Shown here: positions 1 to 9,869 of the stretch, piece after piece | Layout of the letters: the number at the start of each line of letters is the position of its first letter | Numbering within the stretch: position 1 is the first letter of the stretch | NCBI GenBank assembly: GCA_030429765.1 | Contig: JAUIER010000021.1 | Location: 1,619 to 65,618, forward strand | Source: a bacterium | GTDB lineage: Bacteria; Omnitrophota; Gorgyraeia; Zapsychrales; Zapsychraceae | DNA length: 64,000 nucleotides | Direction: 5' to 3' | Notes under the pieces: generated by a model | Told to the model about the DNA's origin: nothing | Seen by the model: the letters and a program-made list of their open reading frames with translations, nothing else | Database searches by the model: none | Position numbers and translations under genes: made by a program

Positions 1-1647
1 GATGTAGATATCACGGCCCGCCAGTTCTAGTGGAGTGTAGGGTTTGACATTCTCGATCTTTTCCGGCGCGTAATACTTATGCGCCAGCAAGGTCGGCAGG
101 ATCTCAATCACCGATCCGACGATAACCGCAATGACAACCAGAACGGTAAAGAGCGCGGATAATCCCTCGAGATAACGGTGTCCCTGTTTGTCGGTCGTGA
201 ATTTACCGAGTGGTGGAGCTGAATACACCTCGGGTTCAGCCGGCTTGGAGGCCTTAATGGTCTTGAAGATGTTGTACATCATGATCACATACCCGGCCAG
301 ATACAGAAACCCGCCAAAGGCCCGCACGTAATACAGCGGAATGATCTTGGTTAAAGTCTCCACAAAGTCGGGATACACCAGGCGTGGCCCTTCCATGGCC
401 CGCCACATGAGCCCTTGGGTGATTCCCGCGGCCCACATCGAAAAGATGTACAAAAGAATCCCGGACATCGCCATCCAGAAATGAACATTTGCCAATTTTT
501 CGCTATAAAGCTCTGTCTTCCACAGCTTCGGCACGACATAGTACAAGATGGCAAAGATCATGAATCCGTTCCAGCCCAGAACCCCGGAATGCACGTGCCC
601 GATAATCCAGTCGGTGAAATGCGCCAGCGCGTTGACGGACTTAATCGACAACAACGGGCCTTCAAACGTGGACATCCCGTAGAACGTCACGGCCGCGACG
701 AGGAATTTGAGGATTGGCTCCTTCCTCACGCGATGCCACGCCCCGCGCATCGTCAACAGACCGTTGATCATCCCGCCCCAGCTCGGTGCCAACAGCATGA
801 TACTGAAGATCATCCCCAATGTTTGTGCCCAATCTGGTAAAGCGGAGTGCAGCAAATGATGCGGTCCGGTCCAGATGTAGATAAACACCAAGGCCCAGAA
901 ATGGATAATCGATAAACGATAGCTGTAGATCGGCCGATTGACCGCCTTGGGCAGATAGTAATACATCAGACCCAGATAAGGTGTTGTCAGGAAAAAGGCC
1001 ACGGCATTATGACCGTACCACCACTGAACCAGTGCGTCCTGGACTCCGGCATATACCGGATAGCTCTTGAATAGTGATACCGGCAGCGCGATGGAGTTGA
1101 CAATATGCAGCAACGCGACCGTTATAATCGAGGCCAGATAAAACCAGATAGCCACATACAGATGGCGTTCACGTCGTCGAGCGATCATCCCAAAGAAATT
1201 GACGGCAAACGCCACCCAGACCACCGCGATTAAGATGTCGATCGGCCATTCAAGTTCCGCGTACTCCTTGCCCGTCGTAATCCCGAGCGGTAAGGTGATT
1301 GCCGCGAGGACAATGATTAATTGCCACCCCCAAAAATGTATCTTGCTCAGTGCATCGGAAAAAATCCGGGTTTTCAATAGTCGCTGCGAAGAATGATACA
1401 CCCCGGCAAAAATCGCGTTACCGGCAAATGCAAAGATGGCCGAATTCGTATGAAGCGGACGCAGACGACCAAATGTGAACCATGGGAGTTTAAAATTCAG
1501 CTGCCAGAAGGCCAGCTGACTAGCGATAAAAACGCCGGCTAACAAGGCCACAGCCCCCCAGATGATGGTCGCGAGGAAAAACAGTTTCGGCGTTTCCTCA
1601 TCGTATGTAAAGTGTTCGAGATTATCTTTGGACTTGGATTGACTCAT
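1..1647 (-). CDS. ccoNO: cbb3-type cytochrome c oxidase, fused subunits I and II (CcoN-CcoO). Partial: the 3' end runs off the window start.
   Basis: Uninterrupted 549-codon minus-strand frame starting at the ATG at 1645-1647 (not in the ORF track because it has no stop in the window). The translation contains the CcoN haem/CuB histidine region HFTDWIIGHVHSGVLGW. Its C-terminal part matches the CcoO N-terminus (TM helix then KPYTPLELAGRDIYI). Confidence 0.85.
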   Translation of the reverse strand, partial: MSQSKSKDNLEHFTYDEETPKLFFLATIIWGAVALLAGVFIASQLAFWQLNFKLPWFTFGRLRPLHTNSAIFAFAGNAIFAGVYHSSQRLLKTRIFSDALSKIHFWGWQLIIVLAAITLPLGITTGKEYAELEWPIDILIAVVWVAFAVNFFGMIARRRERHLYVAIWFYLASIITVALLHIVNSIALPVSLFKSYPVYAGVQDALVQWWYGHNAVAFFLTTPYLGLMYYYLPKAVNRPIYSYRLSIIHFWALVFIYIWTGPHHLLHSALPDWAQTLGMIFSIMLLAPSWGGMINGLLTMRGAWHRVRKEPILKFLVAAVTFYGMSTFEGPLLSIKSVNALAHFTDWIIGHVHSGVLGWNGFMIFAILYYVVPKLWKTELYSEKLANVHFWMAMSGILLYIFSMWAAGITQGLMWRAMEGPRLVYPDFVETLTKIIPLYYVRAFGGFLYLAGYVIMMYNIFKTIKASKPAEPEVYSAPPLGKFTTDKQGHRYLEGLSALFTVLVVIAVIVGSVIEILPTLLAHKYYAPEKIENVKPYTPLELAGRDIYI

Positions 1648-1766
1648 AGGACACCTATTGGTTTAATAACATGTGTTTATCTGATTTATTATTTTGTACC
1701 TTAATATTAAATGAGAAATCAACATTCTTCAAGAGAAATGTCTGTTTTTGATGGGTTTTTATCCAC

Positions 1767-1973
1767 TTATTCATTCGATTTTTCTTCCGGATTATCGGTT
1801 TTAATCTCAGATCGCTCCTGCTCGGGCTGATCGCTTTCATCGTCGATCAGTATCCGATGAGATGGCGTGACAATATCATCATACTGTCCATTCTTAGCCG
1901 CCCAGATGTAGGCGATCAAAAAGCCCAATCCGAATAACAGTGTCATTGGAAACAGCAATGCGATAATTTCCAT
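1767..1973 (-). CDS. ccoS: cbb3 oxidase maturation protein CcoS/FixS
   Basis: 68 aa with a single TM helix and the conserved GQYDD motif; sits between ccoI and ccoNO. Confidence 0.75.
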   Translation of the reverse strand: MEIIALLFPMTLLFGLGFLIAYIWAAKNGQYDDIVTPSHRILIDDESDQPEQERSEIKTDNPEEKSNE

Positions 1974-1983
1974 TTACCTTCCC

Positions 1984-4383
1984 TCAATTGCGCCGGATAC
2001 GTATGCCGAAATAGGATGATAATAACACCGTCAGTGAACTCACCGGCATAATGATCGCGGCGCCCAGCGGGTTAATCAACCCCATCACCGCGAGAGTGAT
2101 CCCGGCTGCGTTGTACAAAATCGATATCGTCAGATTCCGTTTGACCGTGGATCGTGTGTCCCTTGCCACATCCAGTAATTTGGGTACGGATTCTATGCCA
2201 GGTTTCAATAAGTAAACATCAGACGATCGAAAGCTTACTTCCAGACTGCCCTGCACCGCTATGGAGACAAAAGCCGAGGCCAGCGCGACCGCATCATTGG
2301 CACCATCGCCGATCATGAGCGCCTTGGGCGCATTCTCAATGATCCGCTGCTTGTCTTCCGGATACATCGCGGCCTGAAACTCGCGAATCCCGAGTTGCTG
2401 AGCCACATTCTCCGCTACACTGGTGCTGTCACCAGTGAGCATGGTGACGTCGCCCAAGCGCTTTTGCAAACCGGTAACGGCGCCGTAAGATGACTGGCGA
2501 ATTTCATCACCCAGTCGGATTTGATCAATCAACTCTCCATCGACCAAAACCCCGACTTGCGTGGTGATCACATCGGTGCCTGCTGGACTGCTTGATGGTG
2601 TATGATCCGCCCGAATCTCTAATCGGCGACCATCAATGGTTCCCTGAACCCCTTGACCAATCACTTCTGCGTAATCCGTTAACGTGATCGTATTGACATC
2701 GTCAAGCTGACCCGAGGCATATTGCCGGATCGCGACACCGATCGGATGACGCGATTCTTTTTCCAGGGCGTAGGCCTCGGCATAGAGCGGCTGATGTTCA
2801 TCCTTGGCCCCCCAATTCAGCACCTTGAATCCACCGGTGGTTAATGTACCGGTCTTGTCGATAAATACCTGATCCGTTACGGCCAGTCGCTCAAGCACCT
2901 CGGGTCCTTTGAGCAGCGCGCCGAGTATCGCGCTGCATTTTAATCCGATGGTATACGCAAGCGGTGTCGCCAATGCTAGGGCGCATGGACAGGCTACAAT
3001 AATCAGGGCCAGTGCGCGCTTAAGGCCCTCTTCAAAATCCGACATTCCAAAGAACAATAAAATACCGCCGGCCATCGTGATAACGGCGAGTAAAAACCAT
3101 TTCGCGATGCGATCCGCCAGCGCAACGATCCGGGGCTTTTGTGCCTGCTCGATACTCCGGAAAATTTGTGACAAGCGCGTTTGATCGCCGACGGCTGTTA
3201 CTTCAATGGTAAACTGGCCGCTTTGATTGACCGTTCCCGCAAAGACCTCATGATCCGCGTTGACACGAACCGGGTGCGATTCGCCGGTCAACATGTGCAC
3301 ATCAACAAATCCATCCCCCGCCTTCACAATGCCATCGGCCGGCACCACGTCACCTTCCTGGATCTGCAACCTGTCCTTGAGATGTACTTTGTCGAGCGTC
3401 GTATCCACAAAACGCTGCTGCCCTTCATCCCAGCGATAGACATATTGCGGCATCAGAAACTCACTAAAATGCGCTCCGCCGGAAAATTTTTGATGCAGGC
3501 TTTTAAGAAAATAACGTGTCGATAACAACAGAAAAACAAAGATCGACAAGGAATCATAGTAGACTTCCGTCCGTCCGATACACAGGTGATACGTGCTGGC
3601 GGTGTACCCTAATAGCAGTGCCAAGGAAACCGGGACATCGATGTTGATTTGGCCCAGTCGGACGGCGGCGATGGCGCTCCGGTAAAACGGCCAGGCGCAA
3701 AATGAAATCACCGGCAGCATCAGGACAAAGCTCGACCACAAAAAGATTGTCAGTAATGTCCCTTCTACGCCCGAGTATATCGAGATAAATAAAAGCATGA
3801 TATTACCCGCGCAGAAGCCGGCTGTCCCGACCCTGATTAACTCACGATGAGTCTCACGCCGTCGTATTGACTCAATATCCTGAGAATTTTCTATCGGATG
3901 CGGCGTGTAGCCCAACTGCTGCAAGGTTGTGGCTAGCAAACTGAAGGAGCCATCGGCGGACAGTCTGACGCTCAAGATCGAAGAGCTCATATCCAGCTGC
4001 GCCTGCTCGACACCCGGCACCAGCATACCGATACGCTCAATCAACCACAGGCAGGCCACACAGTGGATTCCCTCCACATAGAATTTCATTTGCAGCTGAT
4101 CCGTACCATACGTGTATTTGAGCCGGTGTTCATCGCTGTCCAGATAATCGTAGCGGTGATCCGACACCGTAACCGGTTGGGACGGTGACAGCAATGGTGC
4201 GTCGCGTTTGATCCGGTAATACTGATCCAGATTATGCTTTGTCAAAATGCGATAGACCATTTTACATCCATCACAGCAAAAGACAGGTTTGTCTTGGGGC
4301 TGCGGCGAAGAAAATGTACGCGCTAGTGGAGTATCACAGTGAGTGCAATACCACGTCATCCGTTTATTCTGCAGTTCCGGCAT
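1984..4383 (-). CDS. ccoI: copper-translocating P1B-type ATPase CcoI/FixI
   Basis: CPC transmembrane metal site, DKTGTLT phosphorylation motif, GDGANDA hinge, and an N-terminal Cys-rich metal-binding region. The start was chosen at M23 of the track ORF so that it does not overlap the upstream gene. Confidence 0.85.
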   Translation of the reverse strand: MPELQNKRMTWYCTHCDTPLARTFSSPQPQDKPVFCCDGCKMVYRILTKHNLDQYYRIKRDAPLLSPSQPVTVSDHRYDYLDSDEHRLKYTYGTDQLQMKFYVEGIHCVACLWLIERIGMLVPGVEQAQLDMSSSILSVRLSADGSFSLLATTLQQLGYTPHPIENSQDIESIRRRETHRELIRVGTAGFCAGNIMLLFISIYSGVEGTLLTIFLWSSFVLMLPVISFCAWPFYRSAIAAVRLGQINIDVPVSLALLLGYTASTYHLCIGRTEVYYDSLSIFVFLLLSTRYFLKSLHQKFSGGAHFSEFLMPQYVYRWDEGQQRFVDTTLDKVHLKDRLQIQEGDVVPADGIVKAGDGFVDVHMLTGESHPVRVNADHEVFAGTVNQSGQFTIEVTAVGDQTRLSQIFRSIEQAQKPRIVALADRIAKWFLLAVITMAGGILLFFGMSDFEEGLKRALALIIVACPCALALATPLAYTIGLKCSAILGALLKGPEVLERLAVTDQVFIDKTGTLTTGGFKVLNWGAKDEHQPLYAEAYALEKESRHPIGVAIRQYASGQLDDVNTITLTDYAEVIGQGVQGTIDGRRLEIRADHTPSSSPAGTDVITTQVGVLVDGELIDQIRLGDEIRQSSYGAVTGLQKRLGDVTMLTGDSTSVAENVAQQLGIREFQAAMYPEDKQRIIENAPKALMIGDGANDAVALASAFVSIAVQGSLEVSFRSSDVYLLKPGIESVPKLLDVARDTRSTVKRNLTISILYNAAGITLAVMGLINPLGAAIIMPVSSLTVLLSSYFGIRIRRN

Positions 4384-4414
4384 AGTTGAACCATTGAGTT
4401 GGTGTTCAGACCGT

Positions 4415-5059
4415 CTACCGGGACGGACCTGATGACTTTCCAAACACAATCAGAAGCAGTTGCGGCCAGAACCGGGTAAACGGAAAAACAATTAAGATTA
4501 TGAATCCTGTGATGATATGAAGCTGCATCACATGCGGCAGCACCTGAACCGAATCCAGATGCGGCTGAAATTTTAAAATCGACCAGAGATAAGGTGAAAC
4601 ATTTGACGCGCCCCAGGAAGATCCCCAGCGATATACCGCGGCGGTCCAGCAACCCAGCATCACCTGGGATATCAGCAGGATCTCCATGATCATATCCATC
4701 GAGTTCGCGACGGTCCTGACCCGCGGATTAAACCAGCGGCGGAAAAATATCGATAACAAGGCGGTTAAGAAACCCAGCCCAAATACAAGCCCCGTCACTT
4801 CCAGCAGAACCATCCGTAACGGATCACCGTTAAAGGACAGCACCGCCGATGGAATCATCAAGGCGATGATGTGTCCGAACAGAATCACTAGAAATCCATA
4901 CTTCAATGGGACAACTTCCCAATCCAAATGCTCTCTGAGTTCACGTCGTCGCTCCGGCGTCAGTCTAAACACATGAGATTTGTGCTGAAAATAACTGCCG
5001 ACAAAAAACACAAGGATACTCAGATACGGCAACCAAGCATAAAGGAATTTTTGGGCCAT
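4415..5059 (-). CDS. NarI-family dihaem cytochrome b membrane protein (nitrate reductase gamma / DsrM / HdrE-like), with no NarGH partner nearby
   Basis: 214 aa with 5 TM helices. Block similarity to E. coli NarI, e.g. LPYLSILVFFVGSYF, ILFGHI, RRWFNPRVRT and VFPFTRF. The start codon overlaps the upstream stop (ATGA). Confidence 0.6.
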   Translation of the reverse strand: MAQKFLYAWLPYLSILVFFVGSYFQHKSHVFRLTPERRRELREHLDWEVVPLKYGFLVILFGHIIALMIPSAVLSFNGDPLRMVLLEVTGLVFGLGFLTALLSIFFRRWFNPRVRTVANSMDMIMEILLISQVMLGCWTAAVYRWGSSWGASNVSPYLWSILKFQPHLDSVQVLPHVMQLHIITGFIILIVFPFTRFWPQLLLIVFGKSSGPSR

Positions 5060-7239
5060 CAGTGTTTCCCTTCCCCTCTACGTTTATACCAAATACAGGA
5101 ATAAATTCCCAGCCATAAGAATACGCCCAGCCAGCCGGAGTACAACATGATACCCGAGTAATTTTTAGGGCTGGCGGATATTGGACGTGAGTTCACGTCC
5201 TTGAGATATGCCGTGATGTCAGTGATTTCATCGTCGGAAATGCTCTTTTTCCCATAGGCATCCATCTTCAACGGCGTGACAGGTTCTCGTAAAAATTGTG
5301 CAATCCCTTCGCTTCCCAGCCGAGAGTAGACGTCAGTCAAATCAGGACCGATGTTTCCGCCCGAAATAATCGACTCGTCCCGAATGCTATGACAACTGAT
5401 GCAGGATGGTCCCGCTCGAGTCAATCGTGCGGTTCCAATAAATAATTTCTTACCCTTTTGTTCAGGGGTCAGCACCAGCTCAAATTTTGGTTTGGAATCA
5501 CGTAATGCCGCGCTAGAAACCGCCGCCGTTGATGCCGCGGCCGCACTCGGCAGAACAGTCGGATTCTCCAGATATTTAATGATAGCTTCCACCTCTTCGT
5601 CTGTCAGATTCAAATCAGCCATCGGCACCTTGTATTCCTCCAGCAGCTCTATGGCGATCGGGTCTTCCTTGAGCATTTCAGACGGCTTTTGGATCATACG
5701 GACCAACCAGTCACGTTCCCGTCGTTGGGTCACATCCTTGAGATCCGGTCCGATCTTTTTGCCCTCACCAATCCCGTGACAGGCCGTGCAATGCATCTGG
5801 AACAAGGCCGCTCCATCATCGGAGGCCACCTCGACCGCCTGGGCCGCCGGTTCGTCCAGCGACTCTTCGCCGGAACCAACCTGGAGGAGAAAGTCCGCCA
5901 CCAACCGAAGCTTTTCATCCCCTAAGTGGGCGAATGACTGCATCTGCGCGAACTCTTCGCGTTTTTTACCCGGATTACGCGCCCAGCGGACAATGCCGTC
6001 GGGATTACCCTTATAAATGTCGTAGATCTCCGTAATCGGCGGCGCCGCAATGACGCGGTCATACGCGTGACAGGCCTTACAATTTTGAACAAAAATAGAA
6101 CGACCGGTTGGCGCGTCTGTGAGCGAATCACCTGCGTCCATCCCGGCAGCCAAACGCATCCGTGTTGCCAGTTCCAGACCGCGAAATTCCTGTGATTTCG
6201 TCTGAATTAATTTCTGATGAAAACGCAGGCTGTTGTTCCGGTATTGCTGTTGTCCCCAGCCAAGGGCAATGAACGCTGTCAAAAATAACAACACAATGAG
6301 CGAATGACGGCGCACACTCATCTGTCCGGCAAACAAATCTTGTGACAATTGGTATATGCTGATCAGGATCAGGGTCAACCCCAATCCGAACATGGTATAC
6401 ACGCCGGCGTCCAGTCCGATACGCGGCAGCGTCAAGACAAACAGCGGTCCAAACACGAGCAAGCCCACCGTCGACCATAGCGTCAGATGATAAAACAATC
6501 CGACAAGCTCTTTCACTGAAAAATCCTTGAGCTCTTTGGACTCCTCAATCTTCAGATGTAAAAATAATCCGGCAAAATACAGACCGGTAAGGCCAAGCGC
6601 GGCCATCAGAAAGGCCGCATATGTCGGAAAGACGTTGCCGATCTCCAATGCTGAGAAGAATCCCTGCACATGAACCCATTTGCCTGGAAACAGCATTAAG
6701 TTCACATTGCTGAGAATGATCAACGGAACAAATCCCAGCACCAGGATCGTCGCGACGCCGACACCGATGTGTCGGGCCTTTTGCGGTCCCCGCCATTTTT
6801 CCCAGGTGAATCGATGAGTGTACGCTAATACAAACCCCAGACACAAGATTGGCGCCAATCCAAGCCACGCCAATCCGGTCAGACTATTGGCGGTATAAAA
6901 CTGGGAGGCGTAACCCGCGCCGATAAAGAGCAACGGACCGATGGCCGAGACAATCGCCAGATTTTTGAACACCGTTACGCAACGGGATATGTACGCGGCC
7001 AATCGATCATAACGCTTGATCCGTAATCCCACACATTCTAAAATCACGCTTAGCAGCAAACTGCCGAAGGTTAATCCAACCAACACCGCATGAATGAATA
7101 CACCGATCACCACGGTGATATCCAAAACTTGAGGCCATACCGGTAAGCCCACCGGAATATCTCTTGGCACCGGTACACTAACGGCCCATGGCAATTGCGT
7201 ATGCAATACGTGCAGGAATGTTGACATCAGCTGGTTCAT
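5059..7239 (-). CDS. polytopic membrane protein fused to a trihaem c-type cytochrome domain, with a C-terminal TM helix; uncharacterised
   Basis: 726 aa. An N-terminal domain of about 330 aa has 8-9 predicted TM helices. It is followed by three CXXCH motifs (CKACH, CTACH, CISCH) and a final hydrophobic helix. ATGA overlaps on both sides. Confidence 0.6.
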   Translation of the reverse strand: MNQLMSTFLHVLHTQLPWAVSVPVPRDIPVGLPVWPQVLDITVVIGVFIHAVLVGLTFGSLLLSVILECVGLRIKRYDRLAAYISRCVTVFKNLAIVSAIGPLLFIGAGYASQFYTANSLTGLAWLGLAPILCLGFVLAYTHRFTWEKWRGPQKARHIGVGVATILVLGFVPLIILSNVNLMLFPGKWVHVQGFFSALEIGNVFPTYAAFLMAALGLTGLYFAGLFLHLKIEESKELKDFSVKELVGLFYHLTLWSTVGLLVFGPLFVLTLPRIGLDAGVYTMFGLGLTLILISIYQLSQDLFAGQMSVRRHSLIVLLFLTAFIALGWGQQQYRNNSLRFHQKLIQTKSQEFRGLELATRMRLAAGMDAGDSLTDAPTGRSIFVQNCKACHAYDRVIAAPPITEIYDIYKGNPDGIVRWARNPGKKREEFAQMQSFAHLGDEKLRLVADFLLQVGSGEESLDEPAAQAVEVASDDGAALFQMHCTACHGIGEGKKIGPDLKDVTQRRERDWLVRMIQKPSEMLKEDPIAIELLEEYKVPMADLNLTDEEVEAIIKYLENPTVLPSAAAASTAAVSSAALRDSKPKFELVLTPEQKGKKLFIGTARLTRAGPSCISCHSIRDESIISGGNIGPDLTDVYSRLGSEGIAQFLREPVTPLKMDAYGKKSISDDEITDITAYLKDVNSRPISASPKNYSGIMLYSGWLGVFLWLGIYSCIWYKRRGEGKH

Positions 7240-8672
7240 GGTGTCGGCTCCTCACGTTTGAGGTCTATGTCTTGATACTCCACGTCAGGAATCCCCATCA
7301 CCTGCGATCCACGAATGCGCCGACGGTTTTCCTTTATATTGTAAAGGAATGCAGACAGGGCCTTGACCTCATTTGAGTTGCCGGCAAATATCACTTTGTA
7401 AGGATGCGCTGATTCCATGTCACGGATGAAGGCCTGCGCTTGATCCTGTGACCATTGCCGTCCAAAGCGATGATTAAATCCTTTAATCAGACCATTAATA
7501 CCAGCGGCCGTATGACAGCTGGCGCAATTGAGTTTGAAGACGTCCTCACCCGCTTCAATCAGATTTGACTCCTTGGCCAACTTGTTCTGTGCGTATGTGG
7601 AATAGTGGAGAATACCATCCCGCTGGTAGACGGTGATTTCATCGGGACGAAGCTCATTGCTGGTGGAGAAACCGGCGATGGCATGCGGATATTGCAAGGC
7701 CAGCCGTGTCTTTTCAAAATGCCCCAGGATCAACAAACTCAGAAACGCCGGAAAAATCAATAATACCGTGGGGACTTTTTTGGGTTTCTGCATGCCGAAC
7801 AACATCACGATCACGATCGTCGATGAAATGAGGATCAGGACATGCGCGAACTCAAGATAACGGCCGGAAAAGGCCAATCCAGCCAGTGCGACCTCAAGAT
7901 TCGCTTTCATCGACACCGGAAACGCGCTCCAGTACCATTGAGCCCCTGCAATGGCGAATGATAACCAACTAAAGATCCATATCGCGACAGCCCTCACAAT
8001 CCGTCCGCGCAGATCAGAACCCGCTTCTGTATAACGCGCGGCAAAAAACCATATTAACAGCCCACCGGCTATGATTGATGATGTATAGCGATACGCCAGT
8101 TGCGGCCAATACATCGGGTTATAGAACCCGCCGCCCGCCTTGAGATGCAACGTCCAATGGCCGGGTTGGATCATAAATCCCAAAATAGATGAAAACACGC
8201 ACAGCAGGATAAACGCGGTCAGGCAGACGCCATGCCCCATCAGCATGTGACGTTGCTTGGCTTTGGTATCGTCGACTGACGCCCACGTCAAACTGTAGCG
8301 CAGCAAACAAGCGATGAGCCCCATGCCGGCAATCCAGGCGACCACCAACGGCCAGAAGAACACCCGTACAATCACGGCGAGTGTCTGCGGAGCGACCAAG
8401 GACGCGGATAACCACATCCCGATTCCCGCGAACAGTCCCACCGTGGTTACCAGCAAGAACATGACAAACGCGACCCGCTGCACAAAGCGGTCCAATGCAT
8501 CATCGTGATTGCGTGTCGCCATCCATTCAAACAGCACCAGCAATGGAAAACCGCCGATCAGAATCGGATGACTGACGCAAATGTGAATGACGGTCATCAT
8601 TGTCATCAAAAAGCGGTTACCGAAATAGTCCAGGTAGAAAACAGGAAAGTCCATTAACGTTGACCTCCCCAC
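7236..8672 (-). CDS. polytopic membrane protein fused to a monohaem c-type cytochrome domain; paralogue-like of the 726-aa protein
   Basis: 478 aa. An N-terminal domain of about 330 aa has multiple TM helices and a His-containing first helix. There is a single C-terminal CASCH motif. Its stop overlaps the downstream start (ATGA). Confidence 0.6.
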   Translation of the reverse strand: MGRSTLMDFPVFYLDYFGNRFLMTMMTVIHICVSHPILIGGFPLLVLFEWMATRNHDDALDRFVQRVAFVMFLLVTTVGLFAGIGMWLSASLVAPQTLAVIVRVFFWPLVVAWIAGMGLIACLLRYSLTWASVDDTKAKQRHMLMGHGVCLTAFILLCVFSSILGFMIQPGHWTLHLKAGGGFYNPMYWPQLAYRYTSSIIAGGLLIWFFAARYTEAGSDLRGRIVRAVAIWIFSWLSFAIAGAQWYWSAFPVSMKANLEVALAGLAFSGRYLEFAHVLILISSTIVIVMLFGMQKPKKVPTVLLIFPAFLSLLILGHFEKTRLALQYPHAIAGFSTSNELRPDEITVYQRDGILHYSTYAQNKLAKESNLIEAGEDVFKLNCASCHTAAGINGLIKGFNHRFGRQWSQDQAQAFIRDMESAHPYKVIFAGNSNEVKALSAFLYNIKENRRRIRGSQVMGIPDVEYQDIDLKREEPTP

Positions 8673-8714
8673 GGTTGTTCGGTGCCGATACGCATCACTA
8701 TTATTTTGTGCCGA

Positions 8715-9869
8715 TTACTCGTCATGATCCGGTCCATCTCTCAAACTAAATAAGGTTCCCTGTTTTGTGAATCTTAAGAACAATCCGATCCAAAGCCCGG
8801 TGATACAGATCAGTGAACTGAAATCCAGCCAGTGCACTTGAGGCTGCGGATACAAAGCCGGTTTGATCTGCCAGTACAAATCAACATACCGCATAATCGC
8901 GATGAGCGTGGCTACAAGACCCAGCGCGAGAAAATTCTCTTTGACCTTGCGAAGCAGTAATAACAGAAACGGCACCACAAAATGCAACGCAATGATCACA
9001 TAGATCCAGGTGAGCCATCCACCCTGTGTACGAACCAGGTACCACGGTGTTTCCTCCTGCAGGTTCCCCGACCAGATAATCAGAAATTGACTGAGACACA
9101 CATACACCCAAACCAGGTTGACACCAAACAAGAGATTACCCAGTTCGGCATTACGTTTGGCCGTATAATTGTTCTCTGTGATAAGCTGATTCTTTTGATA
9201 ATGAACTCCGACAACGATCCCGATAGCCAAAGCCGTCAGCGCGAAGCTGACCATATAAATCATCCCGAAGATCGTGGAGAACCAGTGCGCTTCGAGCGAC
9301 ATAATCAAATCATATGAGCAAAAGCTCACGGTCAAGGCATACACCAGGAGCCCAGCCCCGCTCACGCGCTGGAGCTTAAGCAGCAGTCCTTCATCCAGTG
9401 TGTGATCGTACTTGTCATGCATGTGATACAGGGCGATAAACAGGATGATCCATATGATCATGTAAATCGCCATGCGGGCGATAAAAAACGGTGTATTCAG
9501 ATAAGCCGCCTTGTGTTGCAGGATCGCGTCATGCGCCACGACATCGAGATGCGTCCATTCGTACAGCTCGTGCATGTTAAAGAGAATCGGCAGTGTCAGC
9601 GGCAACATCAGCGCGATATTTTTGATCGACCGGTCCAATAAGTTTCGAACGGCCATCCCCCATCCGCCACCGACGAGGTTGTGGATCATGATCAAAGCGG
9701 AACTCCCGACCGTGATTCCTAACCAAAAGACATACGCCACCAGATAGCCGGACGCAAATTCCTTGGGGCTTGACTGCGCGCCGATAAAGGTCATGATGCC
9801 GGCGATCACCCCGATGGCGAAACATCCGTTCGATACATTATTGATATGTCGTCTAGTTTGCAGATTCAT
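8715..9869 (-). CDS. actF: alternative complex III subunit ActF (NrfD-like membrane subunit)
   Basis: Polytopic membrane protein placed after actE. The start was moved to the internal ATG at 9869, which has an AAGGAG RBS. Confidence 0.7.
   Translation of the reverse strand: MNLQTRRHINNVSNGCFAIGVIAGIMTFIGAQSSPKEFASGYLVAYVFWLGITVGSSALIMIHNLVGGGWGMAVRNLLDRSIKNIALMLPLTLPILFNMHELYEWTHLDVVAHDAILQHKAAYLNTPFFIARMAIYMIIWIILFIALYHMHDKYDHTLDEGLLLKLQRVSGAGLLVYALTVSFCSYDLIMSLEAHWFSTIFGMIYMVSFALTALAIGIVVGVHYQKNQLITENNYTAKRNAELGNLLFGVNLVWVYVCLSQFLIIWSGNLQEETPWYLVRTQGGWLTWIYVIIALHFVVPFLLLLLRKVKENFLALGLVATLIAIMRYVDLYWQIKPALYPQPQVHWLDFSSLICITGLWIGLFLRFTKQGTLFSLRDGPDHDE

Noticed and set aside
2909-3525. Plus-strand ORFs of 91 and 114 aa inside ccoI
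   Set aside because: Antisense to a strongly supported P-type ATPase gene; no RBS and no recognisable domain; typical shadow ORFs
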